Assembly (NCBI GenBank): GCA_020724465.1
Contig: DYGX01000006.1
Coordinates: 67,603 to 131,602 of the forward strand
DNA: 64,000 nt
Direction: 5' to 3'
From: Thermoflexus sp.
GTDB taxonomy: Bacteria; Chloroflexota; Anaerolineae; Aggregatilineales; Aggregatilineaceae
Under the pieces are notes generated by a model. It did not search any database. It was not told the DNA's origin and worked only from the letters and a program-made list of their open reading frames with translations. Of this stretch, positions 57,037 through 64,000 are shown piece after piece (within the stretch, counting starts at the first letter, position 1; each line of letters begins with the position of its first letter). The position numbers and the translations under genes were made by a program.

Positions 57037-57068
57037 GGCAAAAACGGGCCGCGCGGCCCGTTTTTGTT
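57037..57068 (+). terminator. Bidirectional intrinsic terminator after rpmJ
   Basis: CAAAAACGGGCC-GCGC-GGCCCGTTTTTG. Confidence 0.85.
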
Positions 57069-57318
57069 GTCCGGCTGTGTCCAGGCCCCATTTGATAATT
57101 GACGTATAATTAAGAACAAGGGCGCGAGAACAGCGTTTGACTTTATTTTGAATTAAGGGATACGGTCCGGCTCCGGCAGCACGCCCGGTGACTTTTCTTA
57201 CAAAAGGCTCTCGTGCGATAATGCACCGCAAAAACAACTATCAACTACGGTTAGCGAGCCGGCATCATTCCCCAATCGCGTTTGCTGACGCTGCGTCCGT
57301 CAGACAGGAGAGAAACTT

Positions 57319-59715
<2,397 letters not shown>

Positions 59716-59749
59716 GACCCGTTGAGCCGGGCGCAGCAAGGAGAGTCAG

Positions 59750-62700
59750 ATGGGTCAGGTCAGTTATGCGCCAGAAGAAATCGGGCGTCCGGAGCGGCTG
59801 CTGCCTGTGGTGATGCTCTACGCGCTGGTCGCTGGCATCTGGATCACGGTGTCGGATCTGCTCCTGAACACGATCGTCTCAGATTCGCGCCAGCTGGCGC
59901 AGCTTCAAGTCGTCAAGGGCTGGCTCTTCGTCATCGTGACCACAGTGGCCTTCTACTTCTCCCTGCGGCAGGGCGCCCGGCGCATCCGCCACTGGCGCGA
60001 CGCCCTGCGTGCGTCGCAAGAGGCATATGCAGCCTTTCTCAATGCCTCGCCCGATCTCATGTTCGAGCTGGCACGCGACGGGACCTTCACCGGCTACCGG
60101 TCGGCGCCGATGGGCCTGAATATGCCGGCGGAGCGGTTCATGGGGCGGCGCGTCCAGGATGTGCTGCCCCAACTTGCTCCCAAGGCTATGCCTGCCATCG
60201 AGCAGGCGCTGGCCACAGGCGAAGTCCAGACCTTCGACTACGAGCTGCCCCTGGACGGCGAACCGCACTTCTACGAAGCGCGCATCGTCAAAAGCAGCCC
60301 GCAGTCCGTCATCGCGATCATCCGCGACGTGACCGAGCAGCGGCGCACCGTCGCCGCGCTGCGCGAGAGCGAAGCCACCAACCGCTCATTGCTGGCCGCG
60401 CTGCCTGATACGATGATTCGCGTCCACCGCGACGGGACTTATCTGGACGTACACAGCCCGACACCGGAGCTGCTCGTCGGCGGCGATCGCGTGGCGTTGA
60501 TCGGGAAACGCGTCGGCGATGTGCTGCCGCCGGACATAGCCGGGCTGGTCATGCACCACGTCCGGCGCGGGCTGGAGACACGCCAGATTCAGGTTTTCGA
60601 GTACCCGCTGCGGGTCCCGGCCGGCGAGCGCTACTTCGAAGCGCGGCTTGCCTGCAGCCAGCCCGACGAAGTGCTGATGATCATCCGCGATGTCACGCAG
60701 CGCAAGCACGCCGAGCGCGAGCGCGAGCAGTTCCTGCGGCAGATGGCCGCCCGTCTGAACGAGCTGGCGACCGTGGCCGAGGTCAGCCTGCAGGCCACCA
60801 CGATCCTCGATCGCGACCGGCTGCTGAGCACCGTGGTGCAACTCACGCGCGATAACTTCGAGCTGTACCACGCTCACATCTTCCTGGTGGAAGGCGATTA
60901 TCTGGTGCTAGCCGCCGGGGCCGGGCACGCCGGGCGCGAGATGGTCGCGTCCGGCTACCGGATTCCAATAGACCACGAGCGCAGCGTCGTCGCGCGGGCC
61001 GCTCGCCTGCGGCAGATCGTGACCGTGCGCGACGTGACCGAATCCGGCGACTGGCTGCCTCACCCGCTGCTGCCCGATACGCGCTCCGAGATGGCCATTC
61101 CGATGATCATCGGCAACGAGCTGATCGGCGTGCTGGATGTGCAGTCCGCCTTGCCGGACTATTTCACGCTGGAAGACGCCAGCGTCCAGGCCACGCTCGC
61201 CGCCCAGATCGGGATCGCCATCAAGAACGCCAGCTTGTTCACCGAAAACGCGCGGCGCCTGGCCATTATCGAACATTCCAGCGACCTGATCGCCCTGTCA
61301 TCGATCCAGCGCTGGCCCCATCTGCCCCGCTACGTCAATCCGGCCGGGCTGCGGCTGCTTGGCGTCGAATCGGTGGGCGCGCTGCACGATCTGACCATCG
61401 ACGATATCTTCCCGCCCGAAGACGCCGCCCTGCTGCACGGCGGCGCGCTGGAGACGGCCCTGCGCGAAGGTGTCTGGCGTGGAGAGCTGACCCTGCTCAG
61501 CCGCGATGGGCGCGAGATCCCGGTTGAGCAAACGCTGCTGGTCATTCGCGACGAGCAGGGCATCCCGCGTGATGTAGCGATGATCGCCCACGACATCAGC
61601 CAGCGGCGCCGCGACGAAGAGGCGCTGCGCCAGGCCAACCGCGCCTACCGCACCCTGAGCGACTGCAACCAGGTCATGGTCCGCGCCACCGACGAGACAA
61701 CGCTGCTCAATGACGTCTGCCGGATCGTCGTGGACAGCGGCCGCTTCCGGATGGCGTGGGTCGGTTACGCCGCCGACGACGAGGCGCGCTCCATCACGCC
61801 GATCGCGTCCTACGGCGCGGATAACGGCTATCTGGAGTTGCTGCATACCACCTGGGCCGACGAGCCGCGCGGCAACGGCCCCGCCGGGCGTGCTGTTCGC
61901 ACGGGCAACCTGGCGATTGTCGCCGACTGCGCGACCGACCCGGATTTTGAACCCTGGCGCGAGGCGGCGCTGGCGCGGGGCTATCGCTCGGTGCTGGGGC
62001 TGCCGCTGAAAGACCGCGACCATATCTTCGGCGTGCTGGTGGTCTATGCCGAGGAAGCGGATGCCTTCCGGCACGAAGAAGAGGTCACGCTGCTCGACGA
62101 GTTGGCGCACGATCTGGCCTATGGCATCACAGCGCTGCGGACTCGTGCCGAGCGCGAGCGCGCGCAGCAGGCCGAGCGCGAGCAGCGGCTGCTGGCCGAG
62201 GCGCTGAGCGATACGGCAACCATTCTCAACAGCACGCTGGAGCTGGATGCCGTGCTCGACCGCATCCTCGAGAATATCCAGCGCGTCCTGCCGCATGACT
62301 CCGCCTCTATCCTGCTGGTCGACGGCGCCGACGCGCGTGTTGCGCGCCATCACGGCTACGGCACGCGCGGTCTATCGGCCTGGATGGCCGCGCGCCGTTT
62401 CCCGATTGACGAGATCGCCTCGCTCAGGATCATGCGCGACACCGGCCATCCGGTGGTCATCGCCGACACAGAAACGTATCCCGACTGGGTCGCCTTCCCG
62501 GAGACAGCGTGGATCCGCTCCTACGCCGCTGCTCCAATCCAGCGCGAGGGTGACGTCATTGGTTTTCTGACCGTCGACAGCGCACAGCCGAACTTCTTCA
62601 ACGCGCAGCACGCCGAGCGGCTGCAAACTTTCGCCAACCAGGCTGCGATTGCGCTGCAGAATGCGCGGATGTTCCAGGCGTTGCAGGAACACGCCGCCAA

Positions 62701-64000
62701 GCTCGAAGCGCAGGCCCAGCGCCTGGCTTTGCTCAACCGCATTTCAAGCCAGGTCACCCAGCAACTTGAACTCGACGAGATCTATCGCGTGGTGTTGATC
62801 GAGCTGCAGGCGGTGCTGGGAGCCAGCTTCGGCGGTCTGATCCTGTTCGAGGATCACAAAGTGGGCCGCCTGGTCCTGAGCACGCATCCCGACGAACGGG
62901 CCAACCGCGATATCACCATCGGGTTGGAACAAAATCCATCCATCGATTACGTCCGCGAGACACACAAACCGCTCGTCTCCGAGGACGTGCTGAACGATCC
63001 GCGCTTTAAGCCCGCCTGGCCGGTGCTGCGCCGGCGCGGCACGCGCACGCTGGTGATCATGCCGCTGCTGGTCGGCGACGAGGTCATCGGCACCCTCGGG
63101 CTGGACTGGGTTGAGCCGCGCCAGTTCAGCCCAGACGAGCTGGAACTGGTGGAAACGATCGCCAATCAGGCATCGGTCGCCATCACCAAGGCGCAGTTGC
63201 TCACGGCGGAGCGCGAGCAGCGCATCCTCGCCGAGGCGCTGGGCGACGTGGCGGCGCTCAGCAACCGCTCGCTGTCGCTTGACGACCTGTTCGATGGCCT
63301 GCTCGAAAACATCCGCCGGGTGATCGCCTACGACGCCGGAAACCTGATGCTGATCGAGCACGACGTGGCCATGATCGTCCGGCATACCGGCTACGAAGCG
63401 TATGGCCCGACCGGCTGGATTGAGCATCTGCGCCTGACCGGGGCCGACACCCGGCACTGGTCGCGGATGCACACGCAAGCTGGCGTGCAGCCCTACATCA
63501 TCAACGATACCGCGGGCGATCCGGATTGGACTGTCCAGCCGGAGAGCGCCTGGATCCGCGCGACGCTCAAAGCGCCGATCTCAATCGACAACCAGGTGAT
63601 CGGGCTGCTGAACCTGGACAGCGCCACCCCACACGCCTTCAAACCGATCGATGCCGAGCGGCTCCAGGCTTTTGCCGACCACGCCGCGCTGGCAATCCGC
63701 AACGCGCGGCTGTTTGAGGCCGAGCGCGAGCAGCGCACGCTGGCCGAGGCGCTGCGCGCCGCCGCCGCCGCCATCACCAGCACGCTCCAGTTCGACGCCG
63801 TGCTCGACCGGATCCTGGCAAACGTCGGGCGCGTCCTGCCCTACGACGCGGCCAACATCATGCTGATCGAAGATGGCGTGGCGCGTGTGGTTCGCGGGCA
63901 CGGCTACGCCGAGCACGGCGCCGGAGCGTGGATCCGCAAGCTGCGCTTCAAGGTGGACGAGGTCCCGGTATGGCAGGAGATGATCGCCACCCGGCGGCCC
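59750..64000 (+). CDS. Giant membrane-anchored multi-PAS/multi-GAF sensor, truncated by the window end; output domain not seen
   Basis: Not in the ORF track. AAGGAG RBS, then MGQVSYAPEE...WITVSD...KGWLFV (2 TM), about 3 PAS and at least 6 GAF domains. The frame was spot-checked at 60722, 62162 and 63962. Confidence 0.9.
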   Translation, partial: MGQVSYAPEEIGRPERLLPVVMLYALVAGIWITVSDLLLNTIVSDSRQLAQLQVVKGWLFVIVTTVAFYFSLRQGARRIRHWRDALRASQEAYAAFLNASPDLMFELARDGTFTGYRSAPMGLNMPAERFMGRRVQDVLPQLAPKAMPAIEQALATGEVQTFDYELPLDGEPHFYEARIVKSSPQSVIAIIRDVTEQRRTVAALRESEATNRSLLAALPDTMIRVHRDGTYLDVHSPTPELLVGGDRVALIGKRVGDVLPPDIAGLVMHHVRRGLETRQIQVFEYPLRVPAGERYFEARLACSQPDEVLMIIRDVTQRKHAEREREQFLRQMAARLNELATVAEVSLQATTILDRDRLLSTVVQLTRDNFELYHAHIFLVEGDYLVLAAGAGHAGREMVASGYRIPIDHERSVVARAARLRQIVTVRDVTESGDWLPHPLLPDTRSEMAIPMIIGNELIGVLDVQSALPDYFTLEDASVQATLAAQIGIAIKNASLFTENARRLAIIEHSSDLIALSSIQRWPHLPRYVNPAGLRLLGVESVGALHDLTIDDIFPPEDAALLHGGALETALREGVWRGELTLLSRDGREIPVEQTLLVIRDEQGIPRDVAMIAHDISQRRRDEEALRQANRAYRTLSDCNQVMVRATDETTLLNDVCRIVVDSGRFRMAWVGYAADDEARSITPIASYGADNGYLELLHTTWADEPRGNGPAGRAVRTGNLAIVADCATDPDFEPWREAALARGYRSVLGLPLKDRDHIFGVLVVYAEEADAFRHEEEVTLLDELAHDLAYGITALRTRAERERAQQAEREQRLLAEALSDTATILNSTLELDAVLDRILENIQRVLPHDSASILLVDGADARVARHHGYGTRGLSAWMAARRFPIDEIASLRIMRDTGHPVVIADTETYPDWVAFPETAWIRSYAAAPIQREGDVIGFLTVDSAQPNFFNAQHAERLQTFANQAAIALQNARMFQALQEHAAKLEAQAQRLALLNRISSQVTQQLELDEIYRVVLIELQAVLGASFGGLILFEDHKVGRLVLSTHPDERANRDITIGLEQNPSIDYVRETHKPLVSEDVLNDPRFKPAWPVLRRRGTRTLVIMPLLVGDEVIGTLGLDWVEPRQFSPDELELVETIANQASVAITKAQLLTAEREQRILAEALGDVAALSNRSLSLDDLFDGLLENIRRVIAYDAGNLMLIEHDVAMIVRHTGYEAYGPTGWIEHLRLTGADTRHWSRMHTQAGVQPYIINDTAGDPDWTVQPESAWIRATLKAPISIDNQVIGLLNLDSATPHAFKPIDAERLQAFADHAALAIRNARLFEAEREQRTLAEALRAAAAAITSTLQFDAVLDRILANVGRVLPYDAANIMLIEDGVARVVRGHGYAEHGAGAWIRKLRFKVDEVPVWQEMIATRRP

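Overview
A GC-rich bacterial chromosomal segment of about 50 genes. Gene content and style (GT-C glycosyltransferases, Pro/Thr-linker secreted proteins, giant PAS/GAF sensor, CCCTCTCCC-type REPs) suggest Chloroflexota, probably Anaerolineae; this is inference. I found no rRNA, intact tRNA, CRISPR array, transposase or prophage. Recognisable genes: nfi, purC, a stand-alone rpmJ, ppsR, a FadN-like enzyme, an Hsp20, a Fur-family regulator divergent from a FecBCDE/BtuFCD-type ABC importer, two STAND NTPases, envelope-modification clusters, and a >1400-codon PAS/GAF sensor that runs off the window and is absent from the ORF track. The best leads are: (1) the Fur homologue has lost its regulatory metal ligands and sits beside an AT-rich palindromic operator and a possible tetrapyrrole importer; (2) the ~1650-aa NB-ARC/TPR gene is broken by a one-base shift at a C6 tract; (3) the orphan rpmJ has a structured, possibly switchable leader; (4) an MFS gene has an attenuator-like leader; (5) a LexA-like box lies in the promoter of a glyoxalase/bleomycin-resistance gene; (6) there are three copies of a ~120-bp REPIN-like element. 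Start codons were re-chosen by eye from RBS and codon bias. All family calls come from motif recognition, not database searches.
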